A DNA stretch of 32,000 nt. It comes from an archaeon (GTDB lineage Archaea > Iainarchaeota > Iainarchaeia > Iainarchaeales > JANQMZ01). Under the pieces are notes generated by a model. It was not told the DNA's origin. It searched no databases and was given only the letters and a program-made list of their open reading frames with translations. Location: the NCBI GenBank assembly GCA_028279805.1, contig JANQMZ010000007.1:300001-332000 (forward strand), in the 5' to 3' direction. The position numbers and the translations under genes are program-made. This document shows, piece after piece, positions 1-9,584 of the stretch; position 1 is the stretch's first letter, and each line of letters begins with the position of its first letter.

Positions 1-5
1 ATGAA

Positions 6-362
6 ATGGATATTGTTGCAAGAGTACTTGAATCGGAATTAAAAAAATATGAAGAACAACAGGCTTTAAGAGATGACAAATTCAAAAAAGTTGTTCATGA
101 ATCAATTGTGGAAGACATCAGAAGAATAACAAATCTTGTGAGTAAAAGTTTAACAAAAAAACCGGAACTTTTAAGCGCTTTCAAGCCCCATAAAACGGCA
201 AAAAGATGGGTTGATGCCACTCACGGGACAGAAATTGTAGCAGGAAAAAAAGTTTTGGAAATTATTGGAAGAAAATGGGTGCCACTGCTTTTTGAAGTAA
301 AACACGGAATAAAAACAGAAAAAAGCGAGAGAAGAACAAGAGTAAGGCATATGAGAAAATAA
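6..362 (+). CDS. Hypothetical small basic protein (118 aa); may extend upstream of the window
   Basis: Open ORF upstream of and co-directional with nre; no family recognised. Confidence 0.45.
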   Translation: MDIVARVLESELKKYEEQQALRDDKFKKVVHESIVEDIRRITNLVSKSLTKKPELLSAFKPHKTAKRWVDATHGTEIVAGKKVLEIIGRKWVPLLFEVKHGIKTEKSERRTRVRHMRK

Positions 363-419
363 TTTCTGCGGAAATCCACTCACAAAAGCTTATTACCCTG
401 AAAAGATTATTGTAATCGG

Positions 420-1601
420 ATGGCTATTCCGGAAGAACTGAAAAAAAATTATTACAGGACAATTGCTGTTAAAAGAATTAAAAACAAAGAATTTGTTGGT
501 TCCAGCCCGCCAAGTGTTTTTGTTTCACATTACGGTTATCCAAAAGTGGAAATCAGCCCTGTTTCTCCCACTGAACTGATTCACAATGCAGGAATTTATG
601 ATACGCCTGAAGAATGGTTTGGCGTGCCGGAAGAAAAAATTTTAACAATGAGACATTCACTTGTTCACGCTGTTAAAAAAATTCAGATAAGTGAAGCAAA
701 AAATCCTTCATATGAATTAACATCATTGCAGGAAATTGCAATGAGCAAAAACGCTGTTGATGTTGATGTAAAATTATTAAAAAATCCGACACCTGAAATC
801 AGGTTTTCAGATGTACTGGCTCCAATCGGGCCGAAAGCTTTGCTGAAAAAATTTCAATTTGAAAAAAATCCAAAAATTTCAAAAAAAGTTGACTACATTT
901 CGTCTGATACTGATTTGAAATCTTCCAATGCAATGCTTGAATTATATGATTCAGGCTTAAATGTTTCAAATATTTATAAAATTTTGTCAACCGGTGCTTT
1001 GGGAATTAAAAAAAACAGAAAACTTGTTCCGACAAGATGGTCAATTACAGCAACGGATGATACGTTAAGCAAAAATTTGGTTAATGAAAAAATAAAATTT
1101 TATTCACAAATAGATGAAATTCAGTTGTTTCAGAGTAATTATCTGGATAACAGGTTTTTTGTCATACTTTTTCCGGATGCATGGCAGTATGAAATGCTGG
1201 AATGCTGGCTTGCTTTTGATGCTGTTGACAAATCAAAACCGCCAAAAATAATTCAGGATTTTGAAGGTTATGGAGGCAGAAAAAATTATGCTTCAAATAT
1301 TACTGGAGCATATTATTCTGCAAGGCTCGGAGTAGCCGAATATCTGGAAGAACAAAAAAAACAGGCGGCTGTGCTTGTTTTGAGGGAAATTGGTTCTGAT
1401 TATAAAGTGCCGATGGGCGTCTGGCAAATCAGGGAAAATGTCAGGAATGCAATGCAGGAAAAACCAATGACTTTTTTTGACTCAAAATTGTTATGGAAAT
1501 TTTTATCACAAAAACTTGAAGTGAACATAAAGTATTATAAAAAACTTTCAAAAGTTGTTGATTCAATTGTAAATCAAAAAAAATTATCAGACTGGAATTA
1601 A
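420..1601 (+). CDS. nre: Archaeal Nre-family DNA repair protein
   Basis: Motifs SSPPSVFVSHYGYPKV and LVPTRWSITATDDTLSK; C-terminal PIP-like QKKLSDWN. Confidence 0.9.
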   Translation: MAIPEELKKNYYRTIAVKRIKNKEFVGSSPPSVFVSHYGYPKVEISPVSPTELIHNAGIYDTPEEWFGVPEEKILTMRHSLVHAVKKIQISEAKNPSYELTSLQEIAMSKNAVDVDVKLLKNPTPEIRFSDVLAPIGPKALLKKFQFEKNPKISKKVDYISSDTDLKSSNAMLELYDSGLNVSNIYKILSTGALGIKKNRKLVPTRWSITATDDTLSKNLVNEKIKFYSQIDEIQLFQSNYLDNRFFVILFPDAWQYEMLECWLAFDAVDKSKPPKIIQDFEGYGGRKNYASNITGAYYSARLGVAEYLEEQKKQAAVLVLREIGSDYKVPMGVWQIRENVRNAMQEKPMTFFDSKLLWKFLSQKLEVNIKYYKKLSKVVDSIVNQKKLSDWN

Positions 1602-2558
1602 TTATTTCATAAATTGTGCCAGCAAAGCTTCAAGCTGAACTCTTTCATTTGCGCCCTCAACCAATCTGAAATTGTATTCTGCAACTGTGTCAATTAATTC
1701 AATTTTTTTCTTATTATTCAAAACTTTTTCATCAAAATCAAGCAACTCACGATATAACTGAATTAACACATCTTCGCCGCCCATTCCATATTCGTACATT
1801 AGTTTGTCTAACAGGTTTCGGGCTTCAATAAACTTTGATTTTAAAGCAAGAGAAATCATTTCCTTTATTTCTTCAGGGCGGGCCTGAGAAGAAACACTGT
1901 AAACATTTTTTTCCGAGATTTTCTGGGAAACAAAAGCAGAGCCCTGTAAAATGTTTATTGCTTTTCTCAAATCTCCCTGTGCAACATAAATAATTGCATC
2001 AATTGCTTTTTTTTCAATGTCAAGTTTTTCAGATTCTGCAATTTCTTTTAATTTTTTTTCAATTTCTTCAGAAGGAATTCCTGTAAACCTGAACACAACA
2101 CATCTTGACTGAAGCGGTTCAATTATTTTTGAAGAAAAATTGCATGATAAAATAAAACGAGCAGTCTGAGTATAACGCTCCATTGTCCGCCTTAAAGCCT
2201 GTTGTGCATCACGTGTTAAAGCATCAGCTTCATCCAAAAAAATTATTTTAAAATCAGCATTAAAAGCAAGAGTTCTGGCAAAATCCTTAATTGTCTGCCT
2301 TACAACGTCTATGCCACGCTCATCTGACGCATTTAATTCTAAAAAATTTTGAGAAAAATTTTCACCATATAATTCTTTTGCCAAGGCGATTGCACAGGAC
2401 GTTTTTCCCACGCCGGCAGGGCCTGAATAAAGCTGGTGCGGAACATTTCTTTTTTCAATATAACTCTTAAGCCTTTGTGAAATGTTTGCCTGCCCAAAAA
2501 CTTCATCAAGCTTTTTAGGCCTGTATTTTTCAACCCATGGAAGCTCTATTTCCATCAA
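1602..2558 (-). CDS. rfcS: Replication factor C small subunit (clamp loader)
   Basis: PWVEKYRPKKLDEVFGQ, Walker A GPAGVGKTS, Walker B IIFLDEADALT, LNASDERGIDVVR and SRC motif. Confidence 0.97.
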   Translation of the reverse strand: MMEIELPWVEKYRPKKLDEVFGQANISQRLKSYIEKRNVPHQLYSGPAGVGKTSCAIALAKELYGENFSQNFLELNASDERGIDVVRQTIKDFARTLAFNADFKIIFLDEADALTRDAQQALRRTMERYTQTARFILSCNFSSKIIEPLQSRCVVFRFTGIPSEEIEKKLKEIAESEKLDIEKKAIDAIIYVAQGDLRKAINILQGSAFVSQKISEKNVYSVSSQARPEEIKEMISLALKSKFIEARNLLDKLMYEYGMGGEDVLIQLYRELLDFDEKVLNNKKKIELIDTVAEYNFRLVEGANERVQLEALLAQFMK

Positions 2559-2661
2559 AAAACCTCATTAAAACGTTGAATCTGGATAAATTATTAAGGA
2601 TAGTGGTTTTAAAGTATTGGTAACATTGTAACTTTGTAACCTTGAACATACTGGTGAAAAA

Positions 2662-3201
2662 ATGGCTGAAAAAAACAATGATTTGAAGCATTATGTTTTG
2701 ACATTGTTTTTGGTTGTTTTAACATATGTTATAATTTTTTTATTGTCGGCAGTAAAGGGAACACAAAACATTCCCTTAATTAACTATTTTTTGCCTTTCA
2801 ACAACTTTGATTCGCCTTTGTATTTGTTAATGCCTTTGGTCGGATTTTTCTTTGTTTTCACAGGGTTGCCGTGGGCAAAAGAATTTTTTGAAAGCAATTT
2901 TTTAAAATCAAAATTTTTTCCAATTGCTTTTATTTTAACAGGAATGATTGCATTTTATGTAATGTTATACTTTTTTTTCATAGGAGCTGTGTGGGGAACA
3001 CAGGTTCCCATGCAGATATGCGTATGGGATTGTTTAGGACAACAGCAGGCATTGCAGCAGGCAGGATTGGCAGGCTCGGTTCTTTTTTTGGATTATCCAA
3101 ATGAGTTAAGAAACTCGGCTTTTGTTTTGTTTTTATTATCAGGCGTTTTAGGCTGGTTTTCCTTAAAAGTTAAAAAAATTGCAGTTGAAAAATTTTTTTA
3201 A
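2662..3201 (+). CDS. Multi-pass membrane protein, function unknown
   Basis: Several hydrophobic segments; GGTGA Shine-Dalgarno-like sequence just upstream of ATG. Confidence 0.7.
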   Translation: MAEKNNDLKHYVLTLFLVVLTYVIIFLLSAVKGTQNIPLINYFLPFNNFDSPLYLLMPLVGFFFVFTGLPWAKEFFESNFLKSKFFPIAFILTGMIAFYVMLYFFFIGAVWGTQVPMQICVWDCLGQQQALQQAGLAGSVLFLDYPNELRNSAFVLFLLSGVLGWFSLKVKKIAVEKFF

Positions 3202-3254
3202 ACAAAAAAAAAGCTTTATAACACTTTTATAATGCTAATTACTGGGAGAATAGA

Positions 3255-4001
3255 ATGATTTTTGAACGGGTTTTCAAGGAATATGCTGAAAACATTAAAG
3301 TTGCAATAGCTTTTGCATTGCTTGCATTAATTGTTCCTGTTTTTTCATATTTTGAAAACATTTCAATTGCATCAGGTTCAATGTTCTGGGAATATTCAAC
3401 AGGATTTGAACAAATAAATCTTTTAACATCTTTAATTGCTTTTTTGATTTTCACATGGTTTTATTCTTTGTTTGTTTCCGCAATAATTTTAAGCGTGAGA
3501 AGAAATTTAAGCAAAATACGAATGGATTTTTATTTAACGGAAATGATTCAAAAATTTACAATGAAACTTTTTATTTTTTACACAGTTTTAGGCCTGATTT
3601 TAATACTTGGAGGAACTGTTCTGATAACATCAGGGCTTGATCCTGTGGTGGTTAATGCACTGATTTTAATCGCAGCAAGCGTTTTAATGTTTGTACCGCA
3701 GGCACTTGTTGTCGATGAAACACATATAATGAATGCAGTGAAAGAAAGTTTTGATTTTTTTACAAAAAATTTTAACAAAACAGTTTTGGTTTTATTTTCG
3801 GGTGCTGTAATTCTGGCAGTAATAGGAATAATTGAATATTTTTTGGATTTGACAGCTATAGAATTTTTTGGCGGAAGATTTATTTCACTGATTTTGGTGC
3901 TTGTTTTTGCAATTCCGTTTATTGAAACACTGAAAACATATTTGTACATGTTAAAAATTAATTTAATAAAAGGCTTTGAATCAGCTCATCATAAAAAGTA
4001 A
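3255..4001 (+). CDS. Multi-pass membrane protein, function unknown
   Basis: 248 aa with about six hydrophobic segments. Confidence 0.75.
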   Translation: MIFERVFKEYAENIKVAIAFALLALIVPVFSYFENISIASGSMFWEYSTGFEQINLLTSLIAFLIFTWFYSLFVSAIILSVRRNLSKIRMDFYLTEMIQKFTMKLFIFYTVLGLILILGGTVLITSGLDPVVVNALILIAASVLMFVPQALVVDETHIMNAVKESFDFFTKNFNKTVLVLFSGAVILAVIGIIEYFLDLTAIEFFGGRFISLILVLVFAIPFIETLKTYLYMLKINLIKGFESAHHKK

Positions 4002-4041
4002 AATGCCTTTATTAAAAAAAAACTTTTTTTTGTGGTAAAAA

Positions 4042-6633
4042 ATGTCAATAAAATTTCAAACAGAAAAATATTCGGATAAAGAAATTTATTCAAATTTAAA
4101 TCCGTTGCTGGGAGAATGGTTTTATAAAAAATTTAAAACATTTACAGAGCCGCAAAGATACGCGGTTTTAAACATTCATAAAAACAAAAACACTTTAATC
4201 AGTGCTCCGACAGGAACTGGAAAAACATTGTCAGCATTTTCAGCAATATTAAGTGAATTAATAACATTATCTGAACATGAGCAGCTGGAAGACAGAATTT
4301 ACTGCATTTACATCAGCCCGTTAAGAGCATTGTCAAGAGACATTGAAAAAAACTTAAATGAGCCGTTAAAAGAAATAAAAAAACAGGCAAAAAAGAAAAA
4401 CAAAAAAATTAACATCCGCATCGGAGTAAGAACAGGTGATACAACTGTTAGTGAGAGAGCTAAAATGGCTAAAAAACCGCCTCATATTCTGATTACAACA
4501 CCGGAGTCACTGGCAATACTTTTGAATGCGCCAAAATTCAGGGAAAATTTGTTTAAAGCAAAATGGGTTATAATTGACGAAATTCACGCATTAGCTGAAA
4601 ACAAAAGAGGCGTGCATTTGTCTTTAAGTTTGGAGCGACTTCAGCACCATAATCCGGATTTTTGCCGGATCGGTTTAAGTGCAACTATTTCTCCGCTGGA
4701 AAACGTGGCAAACTTTTTGGTTGGAATGGAAAAAGACAAGCCAAGAAATTGTAATATTGTTAATGTACAATTTTTGAAAAACCTGGATATAAAAGTTTTA
4801 AGCCCTTTGCCTGATTTGATTAACACAACACAGGAACAAATTTCAAAAAAACTTTATGAAAAGCTTGATAAACTAATTCAAAAACATAAAACAACACTTG
4901 TTTTTACAAATACAAGAGCAGCAACAGAACGCGTTGTAAATCATTTAAAAGAAAAATTTTCAAAAAACTATTTGAGTAATATTGGAGCGCATCATTCGTC
5001 TGTTAGTCGGGAAAAAAGACTGGAAATTGAAGACAAGTTAAAACAAGGAAAATTAAAAGCATGCGTGTCATCAACATCTTTGGAACTGGGAATAGACATT
5101 GGTTATATTGATTTAGTTTTATTGCTTGGCTCTCCCAAAAGCATTTCAAGAGCTTTGCAAAGAATTGGAAGATCAGGACACAAACTTCATGATACAATTA
5201 AAGGCAGGTTAATTGTTTTGGACAGGGATGACTTAATTGAATGCTCTGTTTTGTTAAAAAATGCAAAAGAATCACATATTGACAGAATTCACATTCCGGA
5301 AAACTGTTTGGATGTTCTGGCTCAGCAAATTTACGGAATTGCAATTGCGCAACAGATTAAAGAAAAAGATGTTTTAAAAATTGTAAAAGGAAGCTATTGT
5401 TACAAAGAATTGCCTAAAAGCGATTTTAATGAGGTTTTGGAGTATTTAAGCGGGGAATATTCGGAGTTGGAAGTGAGGCATGTTTATGCAAAAATTTGGC
5501 GGGATAAAGAAACAAAAATGATTGGAAAAAGAGGAAAACTTGCAAGAGTTATTTACATGACAAACATTGGAACAATTCCTGATGAAGCCAGAATAAAAGT
5601 AAAAATCAAAGATGCTGTTTTGGGAACAATTGATGAACATTTTCTGGAAAGAATGAAACCAGGAGATGTGTTTGTCTTAGGCGGAGAAAAATATGAATTC
5701 AGGTATACAAGAGGAAACACTTTACAGGTTAAAGCAGCGGAATTCAGGCCGCCAACAGTGCCAAGCTGGGTTTCGGAAATGCTGCCATTAAGTTTTGATT
5801 TGGCTAATGAAATTCAAAAATTTCGGTTTTTATTAAATGAAAAATTTGAATTAAAAAAATCAAAAAAAGAAATAATCAAATTCATTAATGATTATTTGTA
5901 TTGTGACAAAAATGCCGCAGAAGCTGTTTATAATTATTTTAATGAACAGTTTTTGTTTGCAAAAATTCCTCATTCAAAAAAACTTTTAGTGGAACAGATA
6001 AAAGATGAAACGGGCAACCATTTAATTTTTCATTCACTTTATGGCCGGAGAGTAAACGATGTTTTAAGCAGGGCATTTGCATGGATTTTTTCAAAATCAG
6101 TTCACAGAGATGTTGCAATAACAATTAACGATAACGGTTTTGTTTTATCCGCGGATACAGCCCTGCCTTTTGAAAAAGCGTTGAATGCAATACTAAAAGA
6201 GGATATTGAAAAAATTGCAAAATTTTCCATCAGGGATTCAGAGGTGTTAAAAAGGCGTTTCAGGCATTGTGCTGCCCGTTCCTTAATGATTTTAAGGAAT
6301 TATAAGGGTAGGACAAAAAGTGTTGGCAGACAACAGATGAGTTCAAGGTTATTGTTGTTGTCAGTTTATGGAATCAGTGAAGATTTTCCAATTTTAAAAG
6401 AAGCCCGCAGGGAAGTATTGGAAGATTTAATGGATATAAACAGTGCAAAAAAAGTAATAGAATCAATTAAAGACGGAAAAATAAAAATTGAAAAAATTTT
6501 CAGCGAAACTCCGAGCCCCTTCGCTTTCAATGTTTATGCATTCGGAAGATTTGACCTTGTCAGAATGGAAAACAGGTTGGAATTTATCAAAAGAATGCAT
6601 CAAAAAGTTTTAAACAAAATAGAAAACAAATAA
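4042..6633 (+). CDS. lhr: Lhr-family ATP-dependent DEAD/H helicase
   Basis: SAPTGTGKT, DEIH, SLGLSATIS-like 'IGLSATISPL', TSLELGIDIG, QRIGRSGH motifs; 863 aa. Confidence 0.95.
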   Translation: MSIKFQTEKYSDKEIYSNLNPLLGEWFYKKFKTFTEPQRYAVLNIHKNKNTLISAPTGTGKTLSAFSAILSELITLSEHEQLEDRIYCIYISPLRALSRDIEKNLNEPLKEIKKQAKKKNKKINIRIGVRTGDTTVSERAKMAKKPPHILITTPESLAILLNAPKFRENLFKAKWVIIDEIHALAENKRGVHLSLSLERLQHHNPDFCRIGLSATISPLENVANFLVGMEKDKPRNCNIVNVQFLKNLDIKVLSPLPDLINTTQEQISKKLYEKLDKLIQKHKTTLVFTNTRAATERVVNHLKEKFSKNYLSNIGAHHSSVSREKRLEIEDKLKQGKLKACVSSTSLELGIDIGYIDLVLLLGSPKSISRALQRIGRSGHKLHDTIKGRLIVLDRDDLIECSVLLKNAKESHIDRIHIPENCLDVLAQQIYGIAIAQQIKEKDVLKIVKGSYCYKELPKSDFNEVLEYLSGEYSELEVRHVYAKIWRDKETKMIGKRGKLARVIYMTNIGTIPDEARIKVKIKDAVLGTIDEHFLERMKPGDVFVLGGEKYEFRYTRGNTLQVKAAEFRPPTVPSWVSEMLPLSFDLANEIQKFRFLLNEKFELKKSKKEIIKFINDYLYCDKNAAEAVYNYFNEQFLFAKIPHSKKLLVEQIKDETGNHLIFHSLYGRRVNDVLSRAFAWIFSKSVHRDVAITINDNGFVLSADTALPFEKALNAILKEDIEKIAKFSIRDSEVLKRRFRHCAARSLMILRNYKGRTKSVGRQQMSSRLLLLSVYGISEDFPILKEARREVLEDLMDINSAKKVIESIKDGKIKIEKIFSETPSPFAFNVYAFGRFDLVRMENRLEFIKRMHQKVLNKIENK

Positions 6634-6647
6634 AAAAAAATGATAAA

Positions 6648-7370
6648 ATGAATAACAAAATAAGCTCCGGAGTAAAAGCTGTTGGATTGGGATTGTTTTT
6701 TGAAAAAGAATCAGTTTTGGCAATAGCTGATTTCCAGTTGGGTTACGAGGAACACTTGCATAAAAAAGGTTTTTTGATTCCAAGGTTTAATTTTAAAAAA
6801 ATTAAGCAAATGTTAAAAAAAATGTTTCAAAAAACGGGAAAATTGAAAAAAATAATAATTAATGGTGACTTAAAACATGAATTTGGTTCTGTTTCAGAAC
6901 AGGAATGGAAAGAAGTTATTGAAATTTTAAGATTTATTCAGAAAAACTGTGAAAAAATAGTTTTGGTTAAAGGAAATCATGACAATTTTTTGAAACCTGT
7001 TGCAAAATGGGAAAATTTGAAAATTGTGGATGAATTTTTTTTGGGAAAAATATTGTTTGTGCATGGCCATAAAATTCCTAAAAAAAGTTTGTTAAAAAAA
7101 TCTGAAACAATTGTTATAGCACATGAACATCCTGCAATAGTTTTAAGTGAAGGAATTAAAAGTGAAAAATTCAAATGTTTTTTAAAAGGAAAATTTAAAG
7201 AAAAAGAATTGATTGTTTTGCCTTCAATGAATTTTGTTGCAGAAGGGACAGATGTTTTAAATGACAGGCTTTTAAGCCCTTTTTTAAAACAAGCTGAATT
7301 GAAAGAATTTGAAGCATGGCTGTTTGAAGAAAAACCATATTATTTTGGAAAATTAAAACAGATTGAATAA
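6648..7370 (+). CDS. Calcineurin-like metallophosphoesterase, Lhr-associated type
   Basis: IADFQLGYE, IINGDLKHEFG, LVKGNHD, FVHGHK motifs; 14 nt downstream of lhr. Confidence 0.9.
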   Translation: MNNKISSGVKAVGLGLFFEKESVLAIADFQLGYEEHLHKKGFLIPRFNFKKIKQMLKKMFQKTGKLKKIIINGDLKHEFGSVSEQEWKEVIEILRFIQKNCEKIVLVKGNHDNFLKPVAKWENLKIVDEFFLGKILFVHGHKIPKKSLLKKSETIVIAHEHPAIVLSEGIKSEKFKCFLKGKFKEKELIVLPSMNFVAEGTDVLNDRLLSPFLKQAELKEFEAWLFEEKPYYFGKLKQIE

Positions 7371-7381
7371 AAAAAAAGGAA

Positions 7382-7402
7382 AAGAGAGTTTTTAACTCTC
7401 TT
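7382..7402. terminator. Perfect 9-bp hairpin between convergent genes
   Basis: AAGAGAGTT-TTT-AACTCTCTT preceded by an A-run. Confidence 0.6.
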
Positions 7403-7422
7403 AATGGTTACCGTGAATATTG

Positions 7423-9423
7423 TTATGTCTGAATTACTATGTCCACAGTAGTATCCGTTCCTGATGTTAAAGCTCTTCCAAGCTTTAATCTTCCAGGTGA
7501 ATTGTCTCTTCTTGCTTTTCCATCATTGTCATTCGTTGAAACAACAAAGTCTGCTGCATTAACTGAACCGCTTACATTTACTGTAGCTCGGCCCGTTGTT
7601 TGTACGTAGATTGTTGTCAGATTTGGTCCTCCGATGCGGACAACTCCTAAAACTCTTCGTCTTGAGTTTGAAACAGTTGTTGTTGCAAACTCGACGCTAT
7701 TGTCATTATCCGAATCAATTACAACAACATCGCCTTTGCTCACAGTTGAACCAGTTCTGTTCGTAACAGCCACTGTTGTAAACACTTCATTCGTATTCGC
7801 AGTAATGTTCACATCCCCGGTGTTAGCATTAACATCAATACCATAACCACCAAAGATCTTAGTCACACCACCAGAACTAGAATCGGACCATGAAAGGTTT
7901 CCCGAACCGTCTGTACTCAAAACCTGTCCGCTTGAACCGTCGCTGTCAGGCAAAACCCAGATTTGGTCTGCACTTAAAGCAGGTGATTCAAAACCAACAT
8001 AGTTTGAAGCTTCGTAAAACCTTAACTCCTTGTTGTTGCCGGTTAAATTCAGGTTACCTGAAGTTGTTAGTGTTTCTGATGTAATGTCAATTGAATTGTC
8101 TCCAAAAGCCATTGACGTGTCTGTTCCAGCTGAAGCGTCAAAAGTCCAAGTGAATAGTGAACCGTTGCCCCAGGTTGTTGTCAAAATTTCTGTAGCGTCA
8201 AAGATTAGTGTCAGAACATCTCCGACAATGCTTGTGTCAATTCCTGTTCCGCCAGTTACTGTTAAAGTGTCACCGTTCATGTCTGCAGAAGTTGTGCCGC
8301 TGTCTGAAGTGAATGTTAGCCAGTAGTTTAAGTCGCTTCCGGCACTACCTTGATTTGGTTCCTGGGCTCCAAAAGTGATTAACGAGTTATCTTCAGATTT
8401 GAACAAAAGTTTTACTTCATTATCACTTAATGTTCCTTCGTAAACTTTCACTTCATCTACTATTCCTTCAAAAGGAAAACTTGACCCGTTGTAGGCTACT
8501 CCTACCCTGGTTGTTGCCCATACTGGTGGAAACTCTCCTGTGCTGTTTGTTCTTTCCAGAACACCGTCAACGTATATTTTCCAGTCACTTGAAGTTAATG
8601 TTCCTGTTCTTACTGCAACCAAATGATGGTATTGGTTGTCGTTTACTGTTGTTGTACTGCAAACACTTCCCCAGGCATCTGTGTGGTCATTTTCGTAAAC
8701 ACAGAATTTGTGGTCTGCGCCATTCCAGTCAGTTGGTGTTCCGATTCCCAGCTGCATTATTTTGTTATTGCCGGCTGTTCCTCCACCGTAAAGAATGACA
8801 TCATTCGGAGTGTTTTCTGTTTTAATCCACATTAAATAGGAATGGTTTCCGTTTTCAATAGTGTTTGCCAGATAGGAACTGTCATTTGTTCCGTCAAAAT
8901 CCAAGGAATTTGCAAGTTTTCCTGCAGCATACCCTAAACCGTTTTCCAGTGTCATTGTGTTACTGTTTCCTGTTGCTGATGTTGCAGCATCGTTTAAATG
9001 CCATACATAATTGTAGTCAGCGGGATATGTTCCTGAAGAATCCTGATTGTCTGTTGCTGTAGAGTTACCATAGTACATGTAGATGTGAATATTTGAAGAC
9101 GATTCAAAGGTATCAGTTACTTTTACCCATGAAAACATGTCGTCGCTTGTATGGTCAAAGTCTTCAATGTGGTATTTCAGTTCTGTATTATCATCTTCTG
9201 CGATAAAACGAACATCTTCACCAGCTGCCTTGACATTGTCCCAAAAACCCGTGTTTGAAGATGTTACTTTAACCAAAATTGGATGGTCATTTGTAACATC
9301 CCCTGACAGACTTGAGGTGTCAAGAGTTAGTTTTTGTCTGTATGACCAGTCTTCATTCCACCATGCTGAAACAGTGGTGGAAAGTAAGGCCAGACAGACC
9401 AATATTAGAATTGATCTTTTCAT
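7423..9423 (-). CDS. Secreted surface protein: DUF2341-like and LamG/concanavalin-like domains plus phage tail-fibre-like C-terminal region
   Basis: Signal peptide MKRSILILVCLALLSTTVSA; WWNEDWSYRQKLTLD; LDFDGTNDSSYL; GFESPALSADQIWVLPDSDGSSGQVLSTDGSGNLSW. Start moved from 9465 to 9423 because of strong GGAGGT Shine-Dalgarno before MKRS. Confidence 0.85.
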   Translation of the reverse strand: MKRSILILVCLALLSTTVSAWWNEDWSYRQKLTLDTSSLSGDVTNDHPILVKVTSSNTGFWDNVKAAGEDVRFIAEDDNTELKYHIEDFDHTSDDMFSWVKVTDTFESSSNIHIYMYYGNSTATDNQDSSGTYPADYNYVWHLNDAATSATGNSNTMTLENGLGYAAGKLANSLDFDGTNDSSYLANTIENGNHSYLMWIKTENTPNDVILYGGGTAGNNKIMQLGIGTPTDWNGADHKFCVYENDHTDAWGSVCSTTTVNDNQYHHLVAVRTGTLTSSDWKIYVDGVLERTNSTGEFPPVWATTRVGVAYNGSSFPFEGIVDEVKVYEGTLSDNEVKLLFKSEDNSLITFGAQEPNQGSAGSDLNYWLTFTSDSGTTSADMNGDTLTVTGGTGIDTSIVGDVLTLIFDATEILTTTWGNGSLFTWTFDASAGTDTSMAFGDNSIDITSETLTTSGNLNLTGNNKELRFYEASNYVGFESPALSADQIWVLPDSDGSSGQVLSTDGSGNLSWSDSSSGGVTKIFGGYGIDVNANTGDVNITANTNEVFTTVAVTNRTGSTVSKGDVVVIDSDNDNSVEFATTTVSNSRRRVLGVVRIGGPNLTTIYVQTTGRATVNVSGSVNAADFVVSTNDNDGKARRDNSPGRLKLGRALTSGTDTTVDIVIQT

Positions 9424-9584
9424 CTGATCAACCTCCCTCTTTTTAATGGTACAAATTTGAAACAATCTTTTAATAAATGTTAAAGAGTCAAAATTTCCGT
9501 TGAAAAAAGTTAAGGTTATAAATGTGTTTAACCCCAGAATTAGTCTGTTTGTAGTAGTTTTTACCCTTTACCGGGGGGAACATA

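Noticed and set aside
7423-9423. Integrated provirus, suggested by the phage-fibre-like motif
   Set aside because: Neighbouring genes are chromosomal housekeeping genes, with no integrase, terminase, capsid gene or tRNA attachment site visible.
7634-9427. Several plus-strand ORFs of 60-122 aa
   Set aside because: Antisense shadow ORFs of the long low-complexity surface protein gene, with no independent ribosome site or domain.
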